A program made the translations under genes and the position numbers. Positions 35,004 to 44,128 of a stretch of DNA of 44,128 nucleotides are shown here, piece by piece. The DNA comes from a virus. The notes under the pieces are model-generated. The model worked only from the letters and a program-made list of their open reading frames with translations. It made no database searches and had not been told where the DNA came from. The stretch lies in the UHGV virus genome UHGV-0242779. One strand, 5' to 3'. Every line of letters starts with the position of its first letter. Positions within the stretch are counted from its first letter, which is position 1.

Positions 35004-35272
35004 CAGACCACCGCCAATTCCAGTTGTTCCACCAGAGTTTCGTCATTGATCTCATAGGTAACCCTAAGTATATAAGTCGTTTTACTGGACGGTGCCTCGA
35101 TATATGCATCAATGATATGCTCATCTATCTCGCATTCCCCGGAAGCCTCCATGACATTTCCACGCTTCAGTTCCCATGTCGCTGATTTGATGCGAAATGG
35201 CGCGTCCTGCGCCGCATGAATCCTTAATTGGACATGACGCCGTTCTCCAACGTCAAACATGATCTTTTGCAT
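35003..35272 (-). CDS. hypothetical tail-associated beta protein
   Basis: RBS AAGGGGG before ATG 35272. Confidence 0.6.
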   Translation of the reverse strand: MQKIMFDVGERRHVQLRIHAAQDAPFRIKSATWELKRGNVMEASGECEIDEHIIDAYIEAPSSKTTYILRVTYEINDETLVEQLELAVV

Positions 35273-35274
35273 CT

Positions 35275-35592
35275 TTATCCCCCTTTCCGACAGCACGGTT
35301 CTAACAGCTCCGCAGAATATAACGCCGAGAGCACATCGGCGCTGTATGTACAATCCAGCAGTTCCGCAAAATACGGCATCGGCAGTATATGCGCACATAA
35401 CCGTGAGGAGTCCACACAAAACAGCATCTTAGCCATGTACGATTGATTACCGGCGCCGTCCTCCGCGATTATCTCCACCACATACTCCCCGTCCTGGTCC
35501 AGGGGGACCGGTACTGACCATACGTCCCCCTGTGTCTGCTCCATGACAACCTCTGCTCCATCTACACGGCCAAATACACGTGCTACTGCCAT
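35275..35592 (-). CDS. Ig-like domain protein
   Basis: WSVPVP..DGEYVVEIIAEDGAGN. Confidence 0.75.
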   Translation of the reverse strand: MAVARVFGRVDGAEVVMEQTQGDVWSVPVPLDQDGEYVVEIIAEDGAGNQSYMAKMLFCVDSSRLCAHILPMPYFAELLDCTYSADVLSALYSAELLEPCCRKGG

Positions 35593-35604
35593 GGTATTGC
35601 CTCC

Positions 35605-36519
35605 TTAGTCGGTAACCTCCACGCTTATCACATAAGTCTTACCGGCATCTACCGGATTAGGTGTGAGCGTTACGGCCTTAATCGTCGGGGCTACGGTATC
35701 GAGTGTCACTGTCCTGGTTACCGTCGTGCTCTTACCCGCGGAGTCTGTCGCCACAACTGTGATCGTGTTACTTCCAGCCACCAGCGTCAACGCCTTGCTG
35801 AAGGAACCATCTGCCCCTACCGTCACGGCCTCTGCTGATCCGCTGTTAAGCTTAACCGTCACAGTTACTGGGCTGGACGTGATATCATTGGTCGTACCGG
35901 CTACAGTGCAGGCCGCCTTATTCGTAATCAAACCATTTACCGGAGCCGTGACTGACAGTGTCGGCGGAACAGTGTCGATCTTAAAGGTTACTGACTTCTG
36001 AGTCGTAGCGTTGCCGTCGTTATCAGATGCATCGATCTTAATTGTATGGCTGCCATCTGACAAGGCTGTAGTCGGTGTATAGGTGCAATCGTAACCACCA
36101 GTAATGGCCGTCTTTACAATGGCGCTGCCTGTAACCTTGCCGCCGCTGTCAATGGTAATACCGATCGTATCTGGATTGACGCCAGAGTCGTTATCTGTAA
36201 CCTTCCAGCGAATCGCTGGCTTATTATTGATGATCAGTGCGCTGGCCGTCGGATATGTGATTGTAATAGCTGGGGCTGTCTTCTCCTTTACGCGGAGCTG
36301 CAGGCTGCTTCCGAGTGTGGCATCTGTGTCATTTTTTGTGGTCACGTTCCCGGCCTCGTCCGTGGCCTTAATCGTCACTGGAAAATAATGCCCGTCGTTA
36401 TTGTTATAAGACGACGTGGCCGGCGCTGTAATTGTGGCCTCCCACTTCCCCGTGCCACTATTAAGCGTCAATGTGGTCGTAACGCCATTAACTATGGCCT
36501 GTACTGTTTTAACTGCCAT
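35605..36519 (-). CDS. multi-Ig-like domain virion protein
   Basis: repeats ATDEAGN, LSDGSHTIKIDASDNDGN, DTVPP, GSNTITVVATDSAG. Confidence 0.85.
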   Translation of the reverse strand: MAVKTVQAIVNGVTTTLTLNSGTGKWEATITAPATSSYNNNDGHYFPVTIKATDEAGNVTTKNDTDATLGSSLQLRVKEKTAPAITITYPTASALIINNKPAIRWKVTDNDSGVNPDTIGITIDSGGKVTGSAIVKTAITGGYDCTYTPTTALSDGSHTIKIDASDNDGNATTQKSVTFKIDTVPPTLSVTAPVNGLITNKAACTVAGTTNDITSSPVTVTVKLNSGSAEAVTVGADGSFSKALTLVAGSNTITVVATDSAGKSTTVTRTVTLDTVAPTIKAVTLTPNPVDAGKTYVISVEVTD

Positions 36520-36681
36520 TTATTTCGCCCCTTTCTTCTCAGGCTCCGGCTCCTCCGGTCTTAATGCCCGTAACACATTCGCCGCGCTAGAAAGTAACGC
36601 TCCCTGATCTGGGCCGGTCACGGTTATGTGGTTGATAATATACATCAGCGTGTTACGCTGGTCTTCTGATAATTGATACAT
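36520..36681 (-). CDS. hypothetical 53-aa protein (not in ORF track)
   Basis: RBS AAGGAG; MYQLSEDQRNTLMYIINHITVTG. Confidence 0.6.
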   Translation of the reverse strand: MYQLSEDQRNTLMYIINHITVTGPDQGALLSSAANVLRALRPEEPEPEKKGAK

Positions 36682-36695
36682 GATCTTTTTTCTCC

Positions 36696-37343
36696 TTATC
36701 CTGCTAACTGTTTTACGCTATTCTCCTGAATAAAATCTTTAATCTTATCGTATCCCCACCCACAATTAATAAGGCCACTTACCAGCATTTCCATAGACTG
36801 GACCGCAGAAAGTTCTTCTGCGGTAAATTTATCGCGTAAATTGTCCTGTCTTCCAATTCCGTATTCCTCACGAAGCTGTTTCGCATTTTTCCCGAATATT
36901 GCCTTATAAATAGCATTCGTATAAGTCGAATAGGCATGTCCGTGCATACGCTCGTTTTCCTGTGATCTCTGAAGCGTATTTGTAAGTGCCTGGCGTACGG
37001 CAATGCCCTTCTCACGTTCCTTCATTTTACCGATTAAAGCCTTTTCCATTGCGTTAAACTGGCGAATATAGGCTTCTTTAAAACGCATAGCCTTTTCTCC
37101 TGTGTATCCCATAGCCAAGATAGTGAATCCATCTTTGGTCATATCATAAGATTTATTATTTTTACCGCTAGAATCACGATATGAGCTTAACGCAAAATTG
37201 CGTTCAGTAAATTCTCTTGAGCATTGCAGTGATTCAATATCTCGTAATACATCTGCATGACGTTTTACAAATGTATCTGCCACATCTAAACTACTTACTA
37301 CCGTAGTCTCTTCCTTATTCATCTTTTTGATTTCTACTAACAT
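36696..37343 (-). CDS. Rha-family phage regulatory protein
   Basis: SSLDVADTFVKRHADVLRDI, NFALSSY, MTKDGFTILAMGYTGEKAMRFKEAYIRQFNAME. Confidence 0.88.
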   Translation of the reverse strand: MLVEIKKMNKEETTVVSSLDVADTFVKRHADVLRDIESLQCSREFTERNFALSSYRDSSGKNNKSYDMTKDGFTILAMGYTGEKAMRFKEAYIRQFNAMEKALIGKMKEREKGIAVRQALTNTLQRSQENERMHGHAYSTYTNAIYKAIFGKNAKQLREEYGIGRQDNLRDKFTAEELSAVQSMEMLVSGLINCGWGYDKIKDFIQENSVKQLAG

Positions 37344-37510
37344 AGATTCTTCCTCCGATCTATTTTCTATTTTTTGGCATAACAAAAAGACGCCGCATTT
37401 CGCGACGCCTATCATGTTCATGGGAAGACCAGGAGCATACCCCGGAATGAGTCCTTCCCTCTATTCAATTTTTTCCATCCGCACTCCTCTTGTGGCTGTA
37501 GTTTTCCTAT

Positions 37511-37610
37511 TTTAATTTTATCAGATTTCCGTGTGACAAACGTGACAATTTGCTTGACAGGGATTTTTCAGTTTAAATTATAGCATGGGAGGCCGGGACG
37601 AAACGGGACA
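37511..37610 (-). promoter_or_regulatory. two tandem late-type promoters
   Basis: 37531-37559 matches 10802-10830 at 28/29; the second unit shares TTTAAATTATAGCA with 10781 but has GGGAC repeats. Confidence 0.7.
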
Positions 37611-37623
37611 CTTCTTGGTATAG

Positions 37624-37653
37624 AAAAAGAGCGGGTATAATTTCACTCGCTCT
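37624..37653 (-). terminator. terminator after the surface-protein moron
   Basis: AGAGCGAGT...ACCCGCTCT+TTTT on the minus strand. Confidence 0.7.
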
Positions 37654-37673
37654 CTGAATACTCCTGTTTTAAC

Positions 37674-38357
37674 TTACTGGTTTTCTACTTCTTTAAATTC
37701 AACTCCCACATAAATTTCTACCGATTGAGTTTTAGCCTCTTTATTTTTAATTCGGGTAAGCAAAGGATACGATGTAAATTCATTTCTATCGTCTTCATTA
37801 ATACTACCTTTTATGTCCGCAGTTGATCCGTCTGACAAATGATGAACGCACTTTGTTTTCAACGAATCAATTCCCGTTTTTGTGACATAAGAAAATTTTA
37901 TATACGGAACTCCCTGTTTTGATAAACTAACGTCTTCAATAGTTATAGTGGTATCCCCTGGCAAATAATATTTATTGTTATAATATACTGTCACAGGCAC
38001 AGAATACCCAATTTCATGCGTTCCTATTGGATTTTCATAAGAAGTTGCTGTAAATTCAACTTTATTGTCATAGCCATTATTTTTTTTCAGTGTCGTTGCA
38101 TCTCCTTCTACCCATTCACCGTTTTCTGCTACTGTATATCCATCAGGTGTCGTAGTATTTGATAACATATATCCAGATTCAGCATCTATATAATACCATT
38201 TACCATCTATATCTTGTAACCATCCTACCTGATGGGATCCATCATCATTTACATAACGCCAACCTGAAGTATCTTGCTGCCATTGCCCCGCATAAGAAAT
38301 AATAGGAAACACTAAAACCATAAATACAGTCAGAAATATTTTAATAGCGCTCTTCAT
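37674..38357 (-). CDS. secreted/cell-surface protein with cell-wall-binding repeats (moron)
   Basis: signal peptide MKSAIKIFLTVFMVLVFPIISYA; GWLQDIDGKWYY, TPDGY.V..NGEW repeats; AT-rich; own extended -10. Confidence 0.8.
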   Translation of the reverse strand: MKSAIKIFLTVFMVLVFPIISYAGQWQQDTSGWRYVNDDGSHQVGWLQDIDGKWYYIDAESGYMLSNTTTPDGYTVAENGEWVEGDATTLKKNNGYDNKVEFTATSYENPIGTHEIGYSVPVTVYYNNKYYLPGDTTITIEDVSLSKQGVPYIKFSYVTKTGIDSLKTKCVHHLSDGSTADIKGSINEDDRNEFTSYPLLTRIKNKEAKTQSVEIYVGVEFKEVENQ

Positions 38358-38411
38358 ATAATCTACCTCCTTTACATAGATTATAACATGATAAAGCTCT
38401 ATTTTCCACAA

Positions 38412-40628
38412 TTATGTTAATTTTAATATTTCGTTCTGTAATTCTTTAATTGCAGCTATCAACATCGGTATAAATCCAGTATAATCTACTCGATAAAATC
38501 CATCAAGACCAGTAGTTACAATCGGATAGTTTTTCAAAGGTTCTAAAACTTCTTGTGCTATAACGCCGATACTCCAATCATTTTTTGTTCTATGTGGATT
38601 AACGGGCTTATTATATTTAAAAATACATGGATCTATCTTTACCAATGCTTCCAAAGCTTCTTTCGTATCCAACTTGTTTATTGAATTTTTAAGCCTTGAA
38701 TCTGAGATAGAATCATATAATTCGTCAAACATGTCTACACAACTCCACCAGCGAGACCAACCATTGCGTATTTTAACATCATTTTCTGCTTCCACTAGCC
38801 TGGTACTTACAAAAGGTGTATCCAGATGATGATCTGATAATTCCGTATCACCAGAATTAGAACTCAGATATATGGTTGTATACCTTCCAAATGGTCCGCC
38901 GGCTGCCGTCTGAATAGAAACTGATCCATCTTGCGACTGTAATACATTCGACCCATCTGCGGTCACAAAGAAGTCACCAAACTGCACCTCGTCATCACCT
39001 GCATAAAATATATCAGTTTCAAGAGTACCGGAAAATACACCGTTTGTACATCTTAACGTCCCATTTGCACTAACCTTTAGATTATCGCTGTCAATAATCA
39101 CTCGGTTTCCTCTAAGCGTGATTTGGTCAGGCTCAAGCGATAACTGACTGGATACATCACCCTTACTCACCTTCAGGGATATTTGTTCCGCAGTCTGCAA
39201 AAACTGGGATTCGGTGTCCTCCTTTAGGTTTTTGACGGACAAGGTAATCTGATCGGCCATGATCTTAAGACTTGCTTCTGCCTCCTGCGCCCGTTTGACT
39301 TCCGCACTGATCTGCTCCGCCGTGATCGCAAATTTTGCGGACGTGTCCTTTTCAAAGTCGATCAACTCCGCAGATACTTCCTCAACATTCCGTTTCAGGA
39401 TCGCGGCCTTACCCTTGAGCTGTATAATCTCCGTGTTGACGTTGTGCTCTGTGCTCCTGATCTCCTCGCCCGTCGCGCTGTGTGTATCCTTAAGTGCGTA
39501 GATTCCTTTAAGCGTCCGTTTTACTATGTATGAGACGATGCTTTCACCACTAAAATCCAGTAGCTCCGCGTCCCCTACTTCCATATATGGCAGCCCTTTG
39601 AGATCACACTCATACGGGATATACTGCCGGCCGTTGACCATGCCATAGATTCCCATAGCTATCTGATTCAGTTCTGCGGCTGTCTTTCCGAATGCCAGGA
39701 AGTTGCCTTCCACCGTCAGACAGTTGCTTCCAGTGCCATATATGGCCCCGATATCGCCCTCTTCCTGCCTGATCTGTACCTTGTCTATACTTTGTACTAT
39801 ATACTCCTCAAACTGGCAGGAAATGCACAGATATGGGTCGATCCGCTCATCATACACCTGGTCATTCATCTCTCCAGGCAATACCGGATATACATCAGTA
39901 CCCGGATACAGGTCCAGCGCCGGCATCAGGCTGTAGTTGGGCTGTAAGGTGATGTGCTGCAATACACCATTACGATCAAAATGCCCGAACACACCGTTAA
40001 GCTGCTCGCAGGCTATCAGCACGTCACGCCCCATCAGCTCCGCCGCCTCTATGGTCTTATAGATCATCACGCCGTCGTTTGGCAGGTAGTCAGGAACATA
40101 CTCCGTTACTCCAATACGGCGGCATAACCTTGCCCGGAAGTCCCTGAGCGTGAGCGGGAATGGTAGGGCGTTGTACCAGTCGATCACATTGACGTCAAAC
40201 AGGCACATATAATCCAGTGCCACAAGGTCCCGATACTTCCGGTTGGTCTGCCGGTCCGCGGACTGAACAATATATTTTCCCAGTGGCATCGTATAGCCAG
40301 ATGGGTATACCTCTATTCCCGGATACAATCCCAGATCCGGATATAGTCCATCAAGCGTCTGATATACGGCCATCTCACTGCCTTTTATGTTGTCTTCTAT
40401 ATCAATCAGTGTAAGGCTGATCTGCGTAGCTTCACAGCTTCCAAAATCGAGATTTTCGCTGCTTGACAGGGATTCTTCTATGGTCATGGACTCGCTCATA
40501 ATGTAGCCGCTCTCCCATAGCCTCAGAAACGGCTCCGGCTGTCCCATTCTACGGAATTCTATAATTAGATTTTTATCTGTGCTGTCAGCCTGATACAGCC
40601 GTTTCAGTTCCTCATCTACCTGTAGCAC
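38412..40628 (-). CDS. tail tip/baseplate hub protein with coiled stalk and C-terminal intramolecular chaperone (Peptidase_S74-like)
   Basis: follows the distal tail gene; TAEQIS repeats; SDSRLKNSI...GVIAQEV...VDY...LIAAIKEL. Confidence 0.8.
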   Translation of the reverse strand: MLQVDEELKRLYQADSTDKNLIIEFRRMGQPEPFLRLWESGYIMSESMTIEESLSSSENLDFGSCEATQISLTLIDIEDNIKGSEMAVYQTLDGLYPDLGLYPGIEVYPSGYTMPLGKYIVQSADRQTNRKYRDLVALDYMCLFDVNVIDWYNALPFPLTLRDFRARLCRRIGVTEYVPDYLPNDGVMIYKTIEAAELMGRDVLIACEQLNGVFGHFDRNGVLQHITLQPNYSLMPALDLYPGTDVYPVLPGEMNDQVYDERIDPYLCISCQFEEYIVQSIDKVQIRQEEGDIGAIYGTGSNCLTVEGNFLAFGKTAAELNQIAMGIYGMVNGRQYIPYECDLKGLPYMEVGDAELLDFSGESIVSYIVKRTLKGIYALKDTHSATGEEIRSTEHNVNTEIIQLKGKAAILKRNVEEVSAELIDFEKDTSAKFAITAEQISAEVKRAQEAEASLKIMADQITLSVKNLKEDTESQFLQTAEQISLKVSKGDVSSQLSLEPDQITLRGNRVIIDSDNLKVSANGTLRCTNGVFSGTLETDIFYAGDDEVQFGDFFVTADGSNVLQSQDGSVSIQTAAGGPFGRYTTIYLSSNSGDTELSDHHLDTPFVSTRLVEAENDVKIRNGWSRWWSCVDMFDELYDSISDSRLKNSINKLDTKEALEALVKIDPCIFKYNKPVNPHRTKNDWSIGVIAQEVLEPLKNYPIVTTGLDGFYRVDYTGFIPMLIAAIKELQNEILKLT

Positions 40629-40640
40629 CCGATCACCTCC

Positions 40641-41051
40641 TTAATACTCAATCAGCTGGATCTCAAACGGTTCGTATACCATATTCAGCTTCCTGATATC
40701 AATATGCGTTATGGTATACTCGATATCCGGCATGTAGAAGACCCCGGATTTATATCCCATCTCCTCGCTGTTCCAGTAGGTAACTGATACCTTACGTTCC
40801 CGCTCTCCGTCCGAGACAATGCCGGAATCCACAATTGCCTTTAAAACAATCTTCTCACCCAGATACAGTTTTCGGATAGGTACCACAATCTTACTTTTAT
40901 AGTTTGGTGATGTCTCCCGGTGTAGGAGAGCCGCCACATCCCGGTAAGCGTCCAGTTCCAAGCGCTGATTTGGTGTTTCCTTATATTTCTCCAGGTAGTT
41001 GTTTGGGAGAGCGGTATTCCCAAACTTTATAAGCCATCCTTCAAATGCCAC
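40641..41051 (-). CDS. distal tail protein
   Basis: 136 aa directly after the tape measure. Confidence 0.65.
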   Translation of the reverse strand: MAFEGWLIKFGNTALPNNYLEKYKETPNQRLELDAYRDVAALLHRETSPNYKSKIVVPIRKLYLGEKIVLKAIVDSGIVSDGERERKVSVTYWNSEEMGYKSGVFYMPDIEYTITHIDIRKLNMVYEPFEIQLIEY

Positions 41052-41063
41052 CGTTCTCCCTCC

Positions 41064-43811
41064 TTACACCAGCAGCGGATTTTTACCCGTCTGCCTTTTT
41101 GTCATTCTGTTTCGCTTCACCATCTCATCATAAACTACTTTTCCGTCGAGGTTGACAGTCAGATGGATATCTCCGCCTTCACCGCCGCCCATCTCCGCCA
41201 TAGCCTCCTTAAATGCCTGTTTCATGGCGCTGACCGGGGAGACAATTTCAGTTTCCCGGTTGTTATCTCCCAGGATTGCCGCAAATTCTCCAGCGCGTGG
41301 CGGTACTACGGTACCAGATGCAAGCCGTGGAAGCCGGACATGATCCAAGGTAAATCCAAAATGTTTACCACCTGCAAGCGGTACCCAGTCAGGTACATCA
41401 AATGATAACTTGTTCAGGCTGTCAATAATATAATTAATAGCATTTTCCGCTATCTGAACGATACCATTAAAAACCCCCTTAAAGATATCCCCCACATTTG
41501 ACCAAGCTTTATCCCAGCCTTGTGTAAAACCGGTATGGACAAAATCAAGGATACCGTTAAGTACCAGTAATATCCCATCAACGATACCAGATATAAAGAC
41601 ACCGAGCGCCCCAAAGGCTTCCGTGATCACTTGTAAGGCTCCTGATATTCCGGGTCCAAGCGTGTCAGCAAACCAGCTCACCATAGGAAGGATCATATTG
41701 TTATAAATGTCGAGTGCTACCTGTATAAGTTTTGCTCCGAATTCGAGGAAATGCTGCATTAATGGTTTTATGTGATTCGTCCATAAACGATCTGCCACGT
41801 CCATAAATGTATCGAAAACAGGTTTTACGTACTTATCCCATATATCATTCAGTACCTCACCGGTGCCCCGGATTGCTTCACGGATTGCCTCAAAAATAGG
41901 ATGACCATATTCCTGCCACACACTATACAGCGTGTCAATGCTATCCGTCCATATCTGAGTTATAAGTGCAAGCGCTGGTGCTACTGCATCACTCCAGATT
42001 CGATCAAATAAGTCCTTAACCAACGTAAACAGCGGCATCAGTGTCGCCATAATCTCCGTTGCAAACTGTGTAATCATTGGCAGCCCAGATGTAATGAAAT
42101 TTTGTAGTGCAGGGAAGACAGATAAATTCCAGATATCAGCAAACACCATATTAAAGCTGTCGAACAGGCCATTGACAATAAACCCTATCGTATCAATTGT
42201 CTGCTGTATAAATGGGACTAGATCAGCGCTGAACCATGCCTTTAACGGTGCTCCCAGCGTTCCCAGATCAGACCATATACCGGCCAGAATTGCTTTGAAA
42301 TTTTCAATGTTTGGCTGCATGTCCGTCCAGACTTTCGAGAGGTTCGGGCCGAACGTAGCAGCAAGCCAGGAATAAAAATCATTTAATGCCTGCTTCATAC
42401 CGGCCACCATAGACGTAATTTTTGTATCCACGTCCACTGTCTCAAACATCTGTGACGGATCTGTGCCACTTGCTCCTCCTCCACCGCCTCCGGAACCTTG
42501 CTCTGATATCAGATTAAGCTTATCAAAACTGGCAGTAGACCGTTCAGCGTCTTTACCTGCTTGCTTTGCCGCTCCCCCTGTCTTCTTAAGGCTCTTTGCA
42601 TAGTCCTCCTGTGTTTTTTTTGCTTTTACAAAGCTTCCTTTTCCAGTAAGCGCTGCAAGCAGCTGCCCGATCCATGCCAGGGCATTCGCAATCGCGTCAA
42701 TCATGGCATTCAAAGCAGGCACAACAAAGTCCAGCACAGGCGCGAACGCTGTCGCAAAACTGTTCTTCAGATACAACAACGAGGACGTAAGGCTTGACAA
42801 TGTAGTATTTACTCCGTTTGAGTACTGTGCTAGATTCCCGAAGCCCTCTTTTACCGCTGTACTCACCGCGCTGATTGCCTTAAAAACAAAAGAAAACAAG
42901 ATCGACCGCCCGAGCATACCAAGCAGACTCATACCTTTTCCGGAACTTTTGGCAGACTTTCCAGCTTTGTCCAATGAGGACTTCATCTTTTTTGCTGATT
43001 TATCAACCATTTGCTGTCCCTGATCGGCTTCCATCAGAGACTTTTTATATTCTCGTTCCGCCTGTATAACTCGTTGTAATGCCGTATACGTCGAATCATA
43101 TTCTGGATTTCCGAGAGTGATCCCCTGCTTTTCAAGTTCAGCAATCTTTGCCTTAAGTTCCTGCTTCTGTCCTTCAAAACTGTTCATATCAAACTTTACC
43201 GGTATTTCTGCATCCGGTGTTGGATTTAGCATTTCTTTCTTGTAATCTGAAAGGGCCTGTTTTACTTTTGCAAGTTTCATATATGTTTCGTCATACTCGT
43301 CGTCACCAAAATACAGCCCGCGGCCTTCCATGTCTTTCAGGGCCTTGCTCAGCGTCTCAATCTCCTGCTTAAACTCATTCGTATACTGTTCAGCCTTTCC
43401 CATATTCTCAGCATAGGTATTAACAAAATCCTCCACTTCTTTTCCGTACTCCTGATAGTCTCCTCCAAGTTCTACCGTACGCGGCTTCTCTGGTTCACCA
43501 GTCTCAGAACTGCCATTCTCATAATGCTGTACTGGTATCTCCGCCATTTGTTCCTCTAAAGATTTTGTCTCTTTCTGTGCCTTCTTTGCTGCCTCCGCTA
43601 TATCGTCTACTTTCTCAGCCGCGCGTTCAGCCTGCTGTCCAACGTTTTCAGCTGATTTACCAGCCCCATCAAAAGATCGTACAATGTTATCAGACAGTTT
43701 TTCTATCACTGTTGTCAGTTTCTCCATAGCCCCTTTTAATGAAGAGGATCCTTCTTCAAAACCAGTGGTATCTACCTTTGTATCAAATTTCAAACTGCCA
43801 TCAGCTGCCAT
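41064..43811 (-). CDS. tape measure protein
   Basis: 915 aa helical, MAADGSLKFDTKVD start, periodic W/F repeats, LPRLASG C-terminus. Confidence 0.9.
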   Translation of the reverse strand: MAADGSLKFDTKVDTTGFEEGSSSLKGAMEKLTTVIEKLSDNIVRSFDGAGKSAENVGQQAERAAEKVDDIAEAAKKAQKETKSLEEQMAEIPVQHYENGSSETGEPEKPRTVELGGDYQEYGKEVEDFVNTYAENMGKAEQYTNEFKQEIETLSKALKDMEGRGLYFGDDEYDETYMKLAKVKQALSDYKKEMLNPTPDAEIPVKFDMNSFEGQKQELKAKIAELEKQGITLGNPEYDSTYTALQRVIQAEREYKKSLMEADQGQQMVDKSAKKMKSSLDKAGKSAKSSGKGMSLLGMLGRSILFSFVFKAISAVSTAVKEGFGNLAQYSNGVNTTLSSLTSSLLYLKNSFATAFAPVLDFVVPALNAMIDAIANALAWIGQLLAALTGKGSFVKAKKTQEDYAKSLKKTGGAAKQAGKDAERSTASFDKLNLISEQGSGGGGGGASGTDPSQMFETVDVDTKITSMVAGMKQALNDFYSWLAATFGPNLSKVWTDMQPNIENFKAILAGIWSDLGTLGAPLKAWFSADLVPFIQQTIDTIGFIVNGLFDSFNMVFADIWNLSVFPALQNFITSGLPMITQFATEIMATLMPLFTLVKDLFDRIWSDAVAPALALITQIWTDSIDTLYSVWQEYGHPIFEAIREAIRGTGEVLNDIWDKYVKPVFDTFMDVADRLWTNHIKPLMQHFLEFGAKLIQVALDIYNNMILPMVSWFADTLGPGISGALQVITEAFGALGVFISGIVDGILLVLNGILDFVHTGFTQGWDKAWSNVGDIFKGVFNGIVQIAENAINYIIDSLNKLSFDVPDWVPLAGGKHFGFTLDHVRLPRLASGTVVPPRAGEFAAILGDNNRETEIVSPVSAMKQAFKEAMAEMGGGEGGDIHLTVNLDGKVVYDEMVKRNRMTKRQTGKNPLLV

Positions 43812-43856
43812 ATTATCACCTCAATTCCGGGCATAAAATTAGACGCCTCCCGGCGC

Positions 43857-44128
43857 CTATCCCAACAACTTATTCCAGTACTCAATTTCTGCTTGTTCTT
43901 CACTTGTGTACTTTGTTTTTAAGTCGCACAAAGTCTTATTGTTCCGATAAAAATCCTGTTCCCATTTCTCCAGATTCTTTCCCTTTGCACGCTTCTGACG
44001 AATTCCCAACACCACAGAAAATGTACCCTCTTCAATTTCCATGAAGTAACCCATAAAGGTCCACCAGTGCATGTACTCCACCGCGCGAACCTCGCGGCCG
44101 GCCACCTTGTTGATCGCTGGAAATAAGA
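43857..44128 (-). CDS. Gp15-family tail assembly chaperone, 3' part
   Basis: EYMHWWTFMGYF motif; in frame with 289..1 across the circular junction (186 aa total). Confidence 0.85.
   Translation of the reverse strand, partial: LFPAINKVAGREVRAVEYMHWWTFMGYFMEIEEGTFSVVLGIRQKRAKGKNLEKWEQDFYRNNKTLCDLKTKYTSEEQAEIEYWNKLLG

Overview
The window is a complete, circularly permuted 44,128-bp temperate siphovirus genome in its excised (attP) form. A Gp15-like tail chaperone gene reads in frame across the 1/44128 junction. The host is probably a gut Clostridia/Lachnospiraceae bacterium (inference). Minus-strand modules: head (TerS-TerL fusion, portal, MuF-type minor head protein with a JAB-like tail, scaffold, capsid), tail, lysis, and replication/recombination (replisome organizer, ERF, two DNA methyltransferases, mini beta-clamp, LexA-NTD). 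Plus-strand lysogeny module: CI-like repressor, ImmA/IrrE protease and tyrosine integrase, followed by an attP carrying the 3' end of rlmD/rumA. A cargo region holds an ECF sigma factor, Ku plus ATP-dependent ligase, a Panacea (DUF4065) TA-like pair and five ORF-less promoter-terminator units. The most notable element is an apparent site-specific recombination system. A tail-fibre gene (34291-34785) has four interchangeable C-terminal cassettes held in two loci 7 kb apart. Each cassette starts at a TAAATAGTGATTT(A/G)GC site (encoding xNSDLA) and ends at a shared TAAATGATCAATT junction. The two remote sites sit 13 bp from LexA-box-like motifs. Degenerate sites of the same AAAY-N4-ATTT shape punctuate an integron-like run of accessory genes just upstream of a second, XerD-like tyrosine recombinase (11280-12371). 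Product calls come from motif recognition only; no searches were run.
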